The translations under genes were made by a program, and so were the position numbers. A stretch of 64,000 nucleotides of DNA from Octopus sinensis. Lineage: Eukaryota. Shown one piece after another: positions 36,714-49,911 of this stretch; within the stretch, counting starts at the first letter, position 1; each line of letters begins with the position of its first letter. A model generated the notes under the pieces. The model searched no databases. It was given only the letters and a program-made list of their open reading frames with translations, and was not told where the DNA came from. Where the stretch lies: contig NC_042999.1 in assembly GCF_006345805.1 (NCBI RefSeq), positions 167,586,001-167,650,000 on the forward strand, in the 5' to 3' direction.

Positions 36714-36768
<55 letters not shown>

Positions 36769-37446
36769 CATATATACAACGGGCTTCTTCCAGTTTCCGT
36801 CTACCAAATCCACTCACAAGGCTTTGGTCGGCCCGAGGCTATAGTAGAAGACACTTGCCCAAGGTGCCACGCAGTGGGACTGAACCCGGAACCATGTATT
36901 TGGCAAGCAAGCTACTTACCACACAGCCACTCCTGCACCTATCATGTACATTGTTTTGTCTTGGTATAAAAGATGGGCTACAGCAAATATTCTGCTCAAT
37001 ACCACAGATTTGCTTGTCATTTGCTTGACATTAACCAGTTGAACATGTCCCTTAGTTGCTGATGCTATGTGCATCTCTGATCACGAGCAGAAGTAGTGGT
37101 GGGGAGCATCATAGCCATGTGTTGAGAGGGATTCTTTGGGGTTTGAATAATTCAATCCTGGAAACATGGGTGTTTCGTTCAACATCCTTAAACAACCCTT
37201 ATTCAGGGACCTCTTGAGCGGGATGGGTTACTCGACCAGAAGAAAATTCTAACTGGGCCCCACCTGCAAGGTCATGTGCTGTTTATCTTGATATGAGATC
37301 ACCATGTCGCACACAAATGGTTGTGATGCATGTGCCTAGTGTACCCTTATCAGACGGGTAGTCATGATGGGTATACTGGGCTTCGTATATTTTACCCCAG
37401 TGCCACGTTGATGGCATGCACTGCTCTCTCACTCAATAATAACAAC
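36615..37446 (+). mobile_element. Third family D copy, interrupted by (TA)n and a SINE B (36777-36933, -)
   Basis: The 5' piece GGCTTCTGATCTTAACT at ~36630-36650 resumes as ATCATGTACATTG at ~36940. Confidence 0.8.
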
Positions 37447-37496
37447 ATCGAAAAATACCTTAGGAATGAGAACCCAAGTTCGAAATTTCCCCAAGT

Positions 37497-37538
37497 CACC
37501 TGAAGAAGGCTGAAGGGTATATCAGCCGAAACGTTGTG
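37497..37538 (+). ncRNA. Minimal hammerhead with canonical core in a short repeat element
   Basis: CAC CTGAAGA A GGCTGA-agggtata-TCAGCC GAAAC GT T GTG, with palindrome AACGTT. Confidence 0.65.
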
Positions 37539-37594
37539 TTAACAACAAACAAGATGAGGACAAATATTCGTTGAATGTAAATAATGTAAATATT

Positions 37595-37985
37595 GTATTC
37601 TAATGACCCCGAAAGGATGAGGGTAACGTCAACCTCGCTAAAATTTGAACTCAAAATATAAGTACGGAGGAAATACTGCTAAGCATTTCGCCCGACGTGC
37701 TAACGATTCCGCCAGCTCGCCGCCTTAATAATGATAATAATCCTTTTATCATTATTATCATTATTAATCCTTAATGATGATAATAATCCTTTTTACTAAA
37801 GGCGCAAGGAGTGGAGGTTAGTTGACTACATCGACCCCAATGCGTAACTGGTACCTATTTCATCGACTTCAAAAGGATGAAAGGCAAAGTCGACGTCCGC
37901 GTAATTTGAACTCAGAACGTAAGGACGGACGAAATGCCGCTAAGCATTTCGCTCGGCGTGCTAACGATTCTGCCAGCTCGCCTTA
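37595..37985 (-). mobile_element. Two SINE family C copies
   Basis: Consensus blocks. Confidence 0.8.
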
Positions 37986-37993
37986 ATAATAAT

Positions 37994-38214
37994 AAGGAGG
38001 AGGAGGAGGAGAAGAAGAAGAAGAAGAAGAAGAAGGAGGAGGGGGAGGAGGGGGAGGAGGAGGAGGGGAAAAGGAGGAGGAGGAGGAGGAGGAGAAGGAG
38101 GAGGAGAAGAAGAAGAAGAAAGAAGGAGGAGGAGAAGAAGAAGAAGAAGAAGAAGAAGAAGAAGAAGAAGAAGAAGAAAGAAGAAGAAGAGCAACAACAA
38201 CAACAACAACAACA
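37994..38214. repeat. Compound (GAG)n/(AAG)n/(CAA)n microsatellite
   Basis: Directly visible. Confidence 0.95.
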
Positions 38215-38830
38215 AATATGTCCGAAGTGGAGTATTGACAAGTCAGGAAAGATCAACTTCTATAAGCACCTTACAAGCTTTTCTTCTCTGACAACGTCAG
38301 TCACTGGGAGAAAATGAAGAGTTAGCACTTTTATCAGCGTTGAACGAACTGCTCTCGCACAAATTTCTTGAAATTTATCGGTAGGTTGAACTTCTTGTTC
38401 CACCTCTCTTTCCGCTTCAAATTATTCTTAAAGATAATTTTGTTGAAGATGAAAAACCTTATCAACAGCTGTTTCACAGCTCGGATACCACATCCCCTTT
38501 TTTTACTTGTAGTCACTAGACAGATGTAGTGCGATAATAGTTGTTGAACAAAATTCCACACGTCAGCGGTACGCAGACACTAAACGATTCTGTCGATCTG
38601 TTCGCATCTCGGGTACATCAGTTTCAGGGTAATATTATGCGGTAGTCCTTATCACAAGCTAGCATAAAAACTTATGGAATGGATCCATAATTCCTCAGAG
38701 TACCATACAGGACCGCTCTTCATGGACCTTCGATAGAAGGCATGAGTTGTTTAAGCTGTAGAAAACAAGCGTTTTACAATGTTCCAGATACCAAGGGTCC
38801 TTCAATCTGTCATCCAACACTTTTAGTTTA
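38215..38830 (-). mobile_element. Highly decayed RTE-like RT fragment
   Basis: Weak residual motifs (GIWNIVKR, AVDK, SILHFG) among many stops. Confidence 0.35.
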
Positions 38831-39579
38831 TTCGATGGGCAAAGCCAAAGCATTTACAAACCTGCAGTCAAAACGACCTCAGTTTCCTCTAAATCCCTTT
38901 CTTCTTCTTTCACAATTTTCTCTCTCTCTCTCTTTTTCTATCTGTCTGTCTGTCCGTCTCTCTCTCTGCCCACCCTTCTCTCTCTCTCTCTCTCTTTCTC
39001 TCTCTTGAGCTATAATAAACGACAGGAGCCTGAAACGTAAGATATCCACTAGTTACAAGAACTTAAAGATCTAAGACCTTTCCTACTTGTCTAACAAATA
39101 ATCTTTTCTACTCTAGGTGCAAGGCCCGAAATTTTGGGGGAGGGGGCGGTCGATTAGATCGACCCCAGTGCGTAACTGGTAGTTATTTAATCGACCTCGA
39201 AAGTATGAAAGGCAAAGTCGACCTCGGCGGAATTTGAACTCAGAACGTAGCGGCAGTCGAAATACCGCTGAGCATTTCGCCCGGCGCGCTAACGATTCTG
39301 CCAGCTCGCCGCCTTTTGTCTAACAAATAATGACTACATCTATTCAGTGTCTAAGAATCTCTATAGATTCATCAACAGTGAATAGATGTATACCTGTGGA
39401 TAGTCAGCCACAGCATTCGGAGATAGCTCAGGAGTCGGTGTTAGTAGTAGTAGTACGAATTTCTGATTAATGTTATCTTGAACAAGAAGCAAAAGCAAGT
39501 TTTAGAGTATATTCTGATATTTCATGAGACAAGAAATGAAGAGAAAATAACTGTACATCACCAAAGTGATATAGGCATT

Positions 39580-39646
<67 letters not shown>

Positions 39647-40693
39647 CTCACTCTCACACACACACACACACACTCACTCACATACTCTATCTGACTTTTC
39701 AGAAATATCTCCTTCTCAAGCCCTCTCTGGATGACTCTCCTCGTCATCGACTCGCTTTCTCTTCACCTGGAAGTCTGAATATTTCAAATTCTGAGCACTT
39801 CAACTGAATTGTCGGTCGAGTCACTATCCACAGGCTATTATGATTTTTCGTCTCCAGGTTCCAATTTGCAAGCCCACATCCTTATCTAAAGAATTATTCG
39901 ACAACCAATCAAATCTCGATAAACTAGTAACCTAATCGTTTGCGTTTGTGAAACATGAATGTGTATGAGCACGCACCACCATTTCAGGTTATTATTGTTG
40001 TTGTTCTTGATATCATTATCATTGAAAATGCTGGCAGAATCATTAGCACGCCGGGCAAAATGCTTAGCAAAATTTCGTCAGTCCTCACGTTCAAATTCCG
40101 TCGAGGTCGACTTTGGGTTCGATAGAATAAGTACCAGTTGGGTCGATGTAATAGCCTTACCACCTCCTCCGAAATTGCTGGCCTTGTGTCAAAATTTGAA
40201 ACCAATGATATTATCCTTGTATATCAGCGAATTGGCAGAATTGTTTGTAAGTCGAACAAAATGGTTAGCGGCATTGCTTCCGGTTCTTTACGTTCTGAGT
40301 TCAAATAACGCCAAGATCAACTTCTCCTGTCCGCTGTCGATGAAACAAAGTACAAATTAAGTACTGGCGTTGATGTAATCGATCAAATCCCTCCCCTCAA
40401 AATTACAAGCCATGTGCCAAATTTAGAAAGAATTATTATTATATGCCGTTACGGTATAGTCCTAGATCTGCTCAGTTTAACTTATGGATGCGCAAATATA
40501 AACTTGAAGCAGTTAAGAAATCAATATACATATAATATTTGTAATAATAGTAATAATAATTATATATATATATATATATATATATCTATATATATAACGG
40601 GAAGCTTTATGAAAATAGACAAAAGACGAAGGCAGGTGGAATACAACAAACAATTGTATTAGTATGGCGCTCAGGAAATATAAATAAAACAAG

Positions 40694-40731
40694 TCTTTAA
40701 CGTTTCGAGCCTACGCTCTTCAACAGAAAGA
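40694..40731 (-). ncRNA. Minimal hammerhead-like motif, CUGUUGA variant (second copy)
   Basis: Exact reverse complement of 12700-12737. Confidence 0.5.
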
Positions 40732-40912
40732 TACACAGAGAAAAAACACAGAAAGAAGGAGAGAAAAAAAATATGCGTGCAGAGGCTAGCGAATATGAAA
40801 TGAATGTAAAAAAAAGGGGATAATATATGAGAAAATAAAAATAAAACGAACGGGACAGTTTATGCGAACAAGTTCAAGGTTGAGAGTTCAAGGTTAGAAA
40901 TGTATAGACGTC

Positions 40913-40948
<36 letters not shown>

Positions 40949-41409
40949 CAAATTTTGGCACAAAAGGCAAGCAATTTTGCAGGAAGTGGCAAGTCGATTA
41001 CCACGACTCCAGTGCTCTACGGGTACTTATTTTCTCAGTTCCGAAATGATGAAGGTTAAAGTCGGCCTCGTCCAATTTTGAACTCGAAGCATTTTGTACG
41101 ACGTTCTAACGATTGTGCCAGCTCACCGCCTTAAGTGTCTGCGATATAATAGTTTCTTTTAATATCAGCACAAAATCAGAAACTTTTGTGCGAAAGGGAA
41201 CAATAAACAATGATAACGAACAATTAAAAAAGGGTTAAAGCAAATACAAACGGTGTCAATTTACAAACATCACCATAAGACTCCAGAAAATATTGCCATT
41301 TATAAAATAGATGAAATGACCTATAACATCTTTAAAAAAAAATACCACCCAACTGACATAGGTTCTCCTAGATTTGATTTTAACAAGTCGATGTACGAGG
41401 ACCTATGTC

Positions 41410-42290
41410 AGAATATAATTTTAGGCCCATCACTCTGCTCGACGCAGAGCTGAAGATTTCGGCCAAAGTACTATCGGAAAGATTGGCGCGTGTCGCGGAT
41501 GGGATGATCAGGGGAGCACAGACATGTGACATCCCCGGCAGATCCATTCAGGATAATCTTCATCTAATACGATACACTGTAGAGGGAATTAATGACGATT
41601 CCGGCACGGGAGGGGCAGTTGTCCATTTAGACCAATCAAAAGCTTTTGGTAGGGTCGACCATCACTACTTCGTGTCCGTTCTGGCACAGTTCGGCCTGGT
41701 CTTGGCTTCTTCAGATGGTTCATTCTAATGTATGACAACATTGACTAGGTAGTTCGAGTGAACGGCTTTCTTTCTAAGCCGTTCCACGTTAAACGCTCAA
41801 GGATGTCCGCTCTCCCCGCTTTTATATGTGATGGCTCTTGAGACATTGCTGCGAAAGCTGAGCGGCATTCCGAAACAGGGATTATATGGAGGACAAGAAT
41901 GAAAGGAATAAGATCAGGCGCCTTCATCTCTGGCCCTAATCTGGTGAATTTTTTCATCGTCCAACTAAAAAGGCAAATAGGGCTGGAGAGGAGATGTTTG
42001 ACTGAAGATATGTTTGGAAAGAGATGGAAGAATGTCGCACGAATGTTGGGCATGAAAGGCTCCGCGTGAATGCGATATGGTTTAAAAACCCAGGTCAGTG
42101 GTAAGGCGGGGTTCGTGGGGTCTGTTATAATCCCGCCTCCACTCATCTGTTATGTCTTATGCCCTATCATCATCCGTATTATATATGTTTTTAGAATTTT
42201 TAAAAAGACCCCAATCGCATTTCTTGTAAAATCATTCGATTTCATTGTGCTGTCCCTTCTATGTATGTCCTTATGGATTATAAAAAAATT
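41410..42290 (+). mobile_element. Tx1/L1-like RT fragment with internal deletion joining the RT to the C-terminus and 3' UTR
   Basis: NFRPITLLDAELKI..GRSIQDNL..HLDQSKAFGRVDH; QGCPLSPLLYVMALE; then KRQIGLERRCL..KRWKNVAR. Confidence 0.85.
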
Positions 42291-45200
42291 AAGAAACGTT
42301 AGCACGCCGGGCGAAATGCTGAGCAGTATTTCGTCTGTCTTTACGTTCTCAGTTCAAATTCTGCAGAGGTCGACTTTGCCTTTCATCCTTTCGGGGTGGA
42401 TAAATTAAGTACTGGGTTCGATCTAATCGACTGGCCCACTCCCCTCAAAATTTCGGGCCTTGTCCCTAGAGTAGAAAAAAATTCACCACTCTTAGTACCA
42501 ATATTATAATTCCTTCTAATTTTGGCACAAGGCCAATATTTTTGAGAGGAAGGGGCAAGTCGATTACATCGACCTCAGTACTTGACTAGTATTTTATGTT
42601 ATCGACCCTGAAAGGATGAAAGGCAAAGTTGATCACAGTGAGATTTGAACTCAGAACATAAAAATCTGGTAGAAATGTCTCTAATTTTGACACAAGCTGG
42701 TCAGTAATTTTAGAGGAGCTGCTTGCTAGTCCATTACAGTGCTCGACTGATACTCAATTTTAATCGATCTTGAAAGAGAAGAAAAGCAAAGTCAACTTCG
42801 GTGAATGAAATGTCACCAAGCATTTTGTCCGACGTGCTAACGATTCTGTCAGCTCGCCACCTTCTTATGGTGTCAATATTCGAATGAAAATTGATTTGAT
42901 CAATTCCATTCTCAGCACCAAAAGACTTTTGGGCTTCCTTCTAAATTAGGAACAATTAGCATTGAGGCAATGAATGACAAGATTAATGAACTAACTAATA
43001 TCTGTAGTATCTAGTTTCAACTGTTCGGGTTGCAAGTTCAAATCCTGCTAGGTTCAAGTCTGAATTCCATATACTCAGGATTGATAGAATAAATATCAGT
43101 CACGAAGTAGAAATTAACTAAATCGAATACACTTTCCTTAAAGAATTTGTTGTTGTTGCTATTCTTGTTGTTTAACCCAAGGACACCTTCATTTGGTTGA
43201 TGCATCATCGAGAGTATTATCGTTGATCATCCCATTATTTTTTTCGGGCATAACGTTTTGGGGCTTTCGTATTTGCACCAACCTTTTTTGTTTATTTAAG
43301 ACATTTAGTGCGATTTGTAGATTAGACCGATATTTCTAACAGAGATCACATAACTGCTACCTTCTTCTTTTGTTATGTTTCGTGTCATACGTTGAAACAT
43401 TCTCTGCCAATTGAATCAGTAATGTGATTTCAATTCCCGACTGGAATTATACTTCTCTTGAAGGAATTAAAACTTTGAGGAGTTACACAGACATAGATGC
43501 ACAAAGTGATGTACGCAAATACTAATAAATACGAGAGAAAGAGAGAGAGAAGGGGAAGAGGGAGAGGCAGTGTTTCTGTGTAACATTTTATTCGTCTAAA
43601 CCATAATTTTTACATATTCGGTGCTTAATGACCGAAACCATGTACGGCTTCGCATATTTTTCATACTCTTCTACTTTATAACTATCATTCATTTTGTCTT
43701 TGATTATATTTTTATTTTCTACTTTCTCAGTTCGTCTGTTTGTCTTTTTGTCTGTACGCATGCCTTTTTTTGCCACAACATAGCTTCCTTTTTCCACTTC
43801 TTTATTAACCTCTTTCTCTCCCATCTTATTGGTCGGCAGCGTCAACAGTTTCCATAATCAGACTGCTTAACAAGATATCTAATTATGTAAACAAATCTAT
43901 CCATCCCTGTTTGTTCATTTATCCCGCAGTATTTTATGACACATGACCATAACTCTCCACGATTTCACACATTCACAGAAAGAAAAGAAAAATCTTTTCC
44001 CTCATTGCAATAAGCGATCGTCGTATCCACAAGCTAAAATTGTCATTTAAAAGACATCCACAAACGCGCTCATGTGTGTACTTTTGATTACAAGAAGCGT
44101 TTCAGTCACAACGATGCCATTGTAGACTACTTTGTCTAATGTAGCCTTCTTTATTCAAGACAATAGTGTACGATTTGAAGGAAATATGGAGGCGATTTCT
44201 AGTAGGTCAGGTAAACCAAAATGTCTATATAGAGGTCTTCTCTTTGACACACTGAACAGAGATATTTCTGCACTGTAGATCTCAAAATTCAGTTGAAATC
44301 CATATCAGGGCTTCCGAATTATTCTTCTGTGAAATACAATGTTCATGGGGTGCAAAATATTCGGTCGATACATTTAGTCTACGTTTAATTACAGGTAAGA
44401 GTTTTTGAGCCTTGCTTATGATTTGCCGCTTTCACCACAACTATTATATAAATGTCTCCTCTCAGTTAAACGCAATGCAGAATCATGATAATTAGAATTG
44501 TGTACATACATGTTTCCTTTCAGCATTTCTTACAAGACTGTCAGGCATGTTCTTTCATCTGGTTATGATTCCATCATTACCTTACTCTGGCTCATGTACA
44601 GCTAACTGGCTAACAAGTTCACTTTGAAAGACAAGCTCGGTTACAACTCTGTGGCCTGCCCACCACGTTGCAAAGAGCTTTTATGTTTACTCTATTTACT
44701 AACTCTTCAACATCACTTACATAATCTCCCCGAGATACATGCAAAATTGTACGTTTCATAGTCATACAACAAGACAGAATACTTGTTCTGCAAATGGATA
44801 TTTCATATTATCTTTCATATATCGTTGGGACTATAACGACAATTGTAACTTTCTGAAAGAAGTTCATGACTTTTAAACTCCCTCTGCAATTTCGCTGTCA
44901 CGATTTGGATCTCGATGTAACATAAAGCTAATATAACTGTCTGCTTGTTCGTTTGTCTCTTTGTCTGTCTATCTATATGTATATATACATATATACAGAA
45001 GTATAACACTGAATACAATATATACATATATACAGAAGTATAAGACTGAATACAATCGCTGTGATTGTATGTGTTTAAGTAAAATGAATCATCATCCATA
45101 GCTCACATACAACTTACCTCCTCAGCTTGTAGAAATTAGTTGACAGTGTCGATAAGATAATAGGCTATCTTCTCTAAGATTAAGAGTTGAAATCTACTGC

Positions 45201-45697
45201 TAGCGTTACATAGTAATTTCGGGAAGATTTGTACACTATACTAGCTCAGATCACGTAGCTGTCTGTCCGAAACAGGTACAAGATTATCTGAAATTATGAC
45301 CTGCAATAGAGGGGCATTTGTATTCAGTCTTATACTTATCTTTCGTCCAATTCATAATACGACAGTCTAGCACGGATTTAAAAGTTCTCATTTGGAGGAA
45401 ATAGTGCATTTATGTGTTTATTTATCTTTCCAAGTTATCCCCATTATTAGTTCTTATCTAAAAAACTTAACATTTTCAATCTGATCATTTAAAGGTCATG
45501 GGGACCATATTCAGTTCTCTCTAAAAGGTTTTGGAAGCAATAGTGCTCTTAAGGAATACATACACACCCACGTGCGCGCGCGCAAACAAACACACACACA
45601 CACTTTCTCTCTCTCTCTCTCTCTCACACACACACTCTCTCTCTCTCATCTCTCTAACGCACACACATCATATATATTTTATTTAATTTTATTTTAT

Positions 45698-45883
45698 TTA
45701 GTTTCAGCTCACAAGCTGTGGCCATGCTGGGGCACCGCCATTTGTTTTTAACAGCAGGGATCACCAGCCCCTGTCGGAACCTCGTGGAGCTTTTAGGTGT
45801 TTTGCTCAATAAACACACACAACGCCCGGTCTGGGAATCGAAACCGCGATCCTACGACCGCGAGTCCGCTGCCCTAACCACTG
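45698..45883 (-). mobile_element. SINE A head fused to a SINE B-type tail
   Basis: The tRNA-like head runs to CTGCTGT, then GGCGGTGCCCCAGCATGGCCACAGC. Confidence 0.7.
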
Positions 45884-46859
45884 CCATGTAGAATCACAAG
45901 AAAAACAAGATTAGCAAAAAACAGCACAGTAAACAACTTCAATATAATTACGCTGTGAAGAAGAAACAGAGGTGAATTCGACGCTTCGGACTGTGATCCG
46001 TCGTCAAGATAAAAAAGGAGAAACGGAAATAAGAAGAATGTTAAATGTAAGCTGGTGTTGATTTTAGCCACGCAGCATAGTGAATGACAGAACGTAAGAG
46101 AATAGGGCGCGGAAGTGTTGAGAATAGCATTTTTACAACAAACGAGTTAGAAATTAGGAAGGCAAGTGAAATAGACGTACGTAAGCCCTTAATGTAAGAG
46201 TCAACTAGTGTAGAAGTAGGTGTGAGTATTTGTATATGAGTGAGTAACATAAGTGAATGAGGTCCTTTTGTGCAATGTATGCTATGTGAACAGAGTGCAA
46301 TAATACATGCCTGTGTGGTAGCTATATAGTATATAGATGTGTGTGTTAGTATTGTTGGCGGTATTCTTTGTGGGTGCATGTGGGGGATACGGGCGTGTAT
46401 GCGTGTGTGTGTGTGTGTGTGTGTGTGACTGGAAACAGGATGTGAGATGCAAGGGAAATTTTCATTGTGTGCAAGGAATTTAATGGAAAGAGAACAGTGT
46501 TTTCAGGGGGAAGGCCGCCAAGCTAGCTGTGCTTAAATGGAAAATTGCTGTTCACGATGCAATCGGAGAACAAGAAATCACTATTGGCGTAAAGTTCCAT
46601 AATCGTCAACATGCAGAGAGCTATGGCCTGGAGAATTGTAATGACTGACTAGAGGCCTGAATAATTCAATGATGTACCTCCAACAAGTGTTCCCTAAAAT
46701 AATTAGGTAGTTTTCCAGCTCGCCACATATAATAAGTATTTTATGGAATAGATGAAGTTTCTGCAGAAACAAATAAAGCGGTCATTGACTTGGGCGTTAC
46801 AAATAGTACAAAGCATTCTATCTAACACTCTGACAACTCTGCAAGTTGATCGTCTTCAA

Positions 46860-46895
<36 letters not shown>

Positions 46896-49863
46896 GTTAT
46901 GTGTGCACGCATGCCTGTGTGCGTTTGTGTGTGTGTGTGTGTTCTTTTCAACGAGGGGCGTTGAACAGTTCCTGGCTTTGGGTAAAAGAAAATACGGGAG
47001 GATCAGTTGATCATGATTTTATTCAACGTATTTCCCTCTCAGATTCACACGCTTATTGTAGTGGTCCTTTCTTATACCCTTAAAGCCAGGAAATGTTCAG
47101 CACCCCCTTGTATATGCTTTCAACTATTAACTGTCTTCAGCCACGTTTTCTCAGTTGTTAGGTTATGCATTACTTTGATGGGTTAACGAAAGCGTTTCTT
47201 AGGTATACCCCTTTCATGATGTCATTCTATACAGGATCATATTTCAATCTGGTATTCTTTGTCCTTATCGTAGTTATCAGAAATGTCGTGGGTTTTGTTC
47301 TTGCCAGTACATCATGATGTGAGACATGGTCTTCCTATTTCAAGACCAACATCGATCACCGTTTTGCTTGATGAAATCCATCGAGCTGATACATTAAATA
47401 TTGTTACACTGTCCGAGTCTCACAACCATCAATAGAGTTGCTTGGAGAGTATGATACACCAAAGGTTTTGTTTAGAGTTTCAGGTTACTGTTGTGAAAGA
47501 CCCATAGATGAGAGGTGTTCAAAAACTTTGTTAATTACTCGCAGTAGGTTAGTGACGTCATTTTTGAGAGTGCAACAATTGAACAATTTGCTGTCCAGAA
47601 AGTTGAAGGATGTATCTTCTTAGACGATTCCACTTTAGATAGAAATTGGAGAAGGATTTTCTTTACACTTCAGGCAAACACAGATCAACAAATTTAGTTT
47701 TTGGTATGCGAAAAGTGAAATCAAGCATTCCACAAACGGGAACAAATCATAGGGGGTTTGTAGAAAGAATTCAGTAAAATATAGAAGACCATTGCCATCA
47801 GTATCGCTCGCTCCAGCAGTGTTGCACACTATCGATGCTACCAAGGAATGTTCGAGATTCTTTTGGCTCATATTACAGTTCACATGCAAACAAGGACAGA
47901 GCTATATCATTTTCCTATTTAAGTCGTCGTAGATTAAATATTTGCCCCTTTAATTCTACACAGAACAGTAATTCCAATTTTGCTAATTTTATTGATTTTC
48001 ATCAGCATTGCAAACAATGAAAAGAGAGTGCATGCGAATGTCGAAACTTGCTTAACATTACTGTAGATGTACTCATATACACCCATGTGTATATAATAAT
48101 GAAGCAAATAGTACTCAATGTCATACAGTAGAGTCTGAATTTATTTTGTTCAGCTGATACCATGCATATGTTAAAAACTGATTAAAACCGATATTGTGTT
48201 ATGTCGTCACTCAGTATTTCGATAAAAAGACCCGGCGTAAGACCTGTGGTCAATATGATCGTCTAAATTTCTTGAAGACAGTACACAGCGCGGTTGCAAT
48301 TACCGAAATCCGTACATGAGTAAGCGACTGTATATATGTGCTTATGCGTGCGCGAGGCGAGTGTGCGTGTGTGTGTGGTGTGTGTGTGTGTGTATGGTTA
48401 TGTGTGCACGCATGCCTGTGTGCGTTTGTGTGTGTGTGTGTGTTCTTTTCAACGAGGGGCGTTGAACAGTTCCTGGCTTTGGGTAAAAGAAAATACGGGA
48501 GGATCAGTTGATCATGATTTTATTCAACGTATTTCCCTCTCAGATTCACACGCTTATTGTAGTGGTCCTTTCTTTATACCCTTAAAGCCAGGAAATGTTC
48601 AGCACCCCCTTGTATATGCTTTCAACTATTAACTGTCTTCAGCCACGTTTTCTCAGTTGTTAGGTTATGCATTACTTTGATGGGTTAACGAAAGCGTTTC
48701 TTAGGTATACCCCTTTCATGATGTCATTCTATACAGGATCATATTTCAATCTGGTATTCTTTGTCCTTATCGTAGTTATCAGAAATGTCGTGGGTTTTGT
48801 TCTTGCCAGTACATCATGATGTGAGACATGGTCTTCCTATTTCAAGACCAACATCGATCACCGTTTTGCTTGATGAAATCCATCGAGCTGATACATTAAA
48901 TATTGTTACACTGTCCGAGTCTCACAACCATCAATAGAGTTGCTTGGAGAGTATGATACACCAAAGGTTTTGTTTAGAGTTTCAGGTTACTGTTGTGAAA
49001 GACCCATAGATGAGAGGTGTTCAAAAACTTTGTTAATTACTCGCAGTAGGTTAGTGACGTCATTTTTGAGAGTGCAACAATTGAACAATTTGCTGTCCAG
49101 AAAGTTGAAGGATGTATCTTCTTAGACGATTCCACTTTAGATAGAAATTGGAGAAGGATTTTCTTTACACTTCAGGCAAACACAGATCAACAAATTTAGT
49201 TTTTGGTATGCGAAAAGTGAAATCAAGCATTCCACAAACGGGAACAAATCATAGGGGGTTTGTAGAAAGAATTCAGTAAAATATAGAAGACCATTGCCAT
49301 CAGTATCGCTCGCTCCAGCAGTGTTGCACACTATCGATGCTACCAAGGAATGTTCGAGATTCTTTTGGCTCATATTACAGTTCACATGCAAACAAGGACA
49401 GAGCTATATCATTTTCCTATTTAAGTCGTCGTAGATTAAATATTTGCCCCTTTAATTCTACACAGAACAGTAATTCCAATTTTGCTAATTTTATTGATTT
49501 TCATCAGCATTGCAAACAATGAAAAGAGAGTGCATGCGAATGTCGAAACTTGCTTAACATTACTGTAGATGTACTCATATACACCCATGTGTATATAATA
49601 ATGAAGCAAATAGTACTCAATGTCATACAGTAGAGTCTGAATTTATTTTGTTCAGCTGATACCATGCATATGTTAAAAACTGATTAAAACCGATATTGTG
49701 TTATGTCGTCACTCAGTATTTCGATAAAAAGACCCGGCGTAAGACCTGTGGTCAATATGATCGTCTAAATTTCTTGAAGACAGTACACAGCGCGGTTGCA
49801 ATTACCGAAATCCGTACATGAGTAAGCGACTGTATATATGTGCTTATGCGTGCGCGAGGCGAG
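46860..49863. repeat. Tandem duplication, unit 1501-1502 bp
   Basis: ORF offsets of 1502. One 1-bp indel is seen between copies, and the breakpoints lie in (GT)n tracts. Confidence 0.95.
46951..47112. mobile_element. Tc1/mariner-type non-autonomous element (duplicated at 48452-48614)
   Basis: Imperfect TIRs ACGAGGGGCGTTGAACAGTTCCTGGCTTT and AAAGCCAGGAAATGTTCAGCACCCCCTTGTA. Confidence 0.7.
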
Positions 49864-49868
49864 TGTGC

Positions 49869-49911
<43 letters not shown>

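Larger units (their letters stand above)
39100..43000. mobile_element. Dispersed SINE family C copies (39100-39314 -, 40028-40430 +, 40945-41133 -, 42295-42480 +, 42515-42862 -)
   Basis: Consensus blocks. Confidence 0.75.

Noticed and set aside
37912-38317. Poly-K/E/R/Q ORF and its antisense ORFs
   Set aside because: A compound trinucleotide microsatellite beside a SINE; no coding evidence.
43590-43700. R4/Dong fragment (HRICKNYGL)
   Set aside because: A single short motif without supporting flanks.
45985-46015. Degenerate HHR (TTGACGA..GAAGC GTC, minus strand)
   Set aside because: Several core mismatches in a single copy; possibly a decayed Penelope end, but not supportable.
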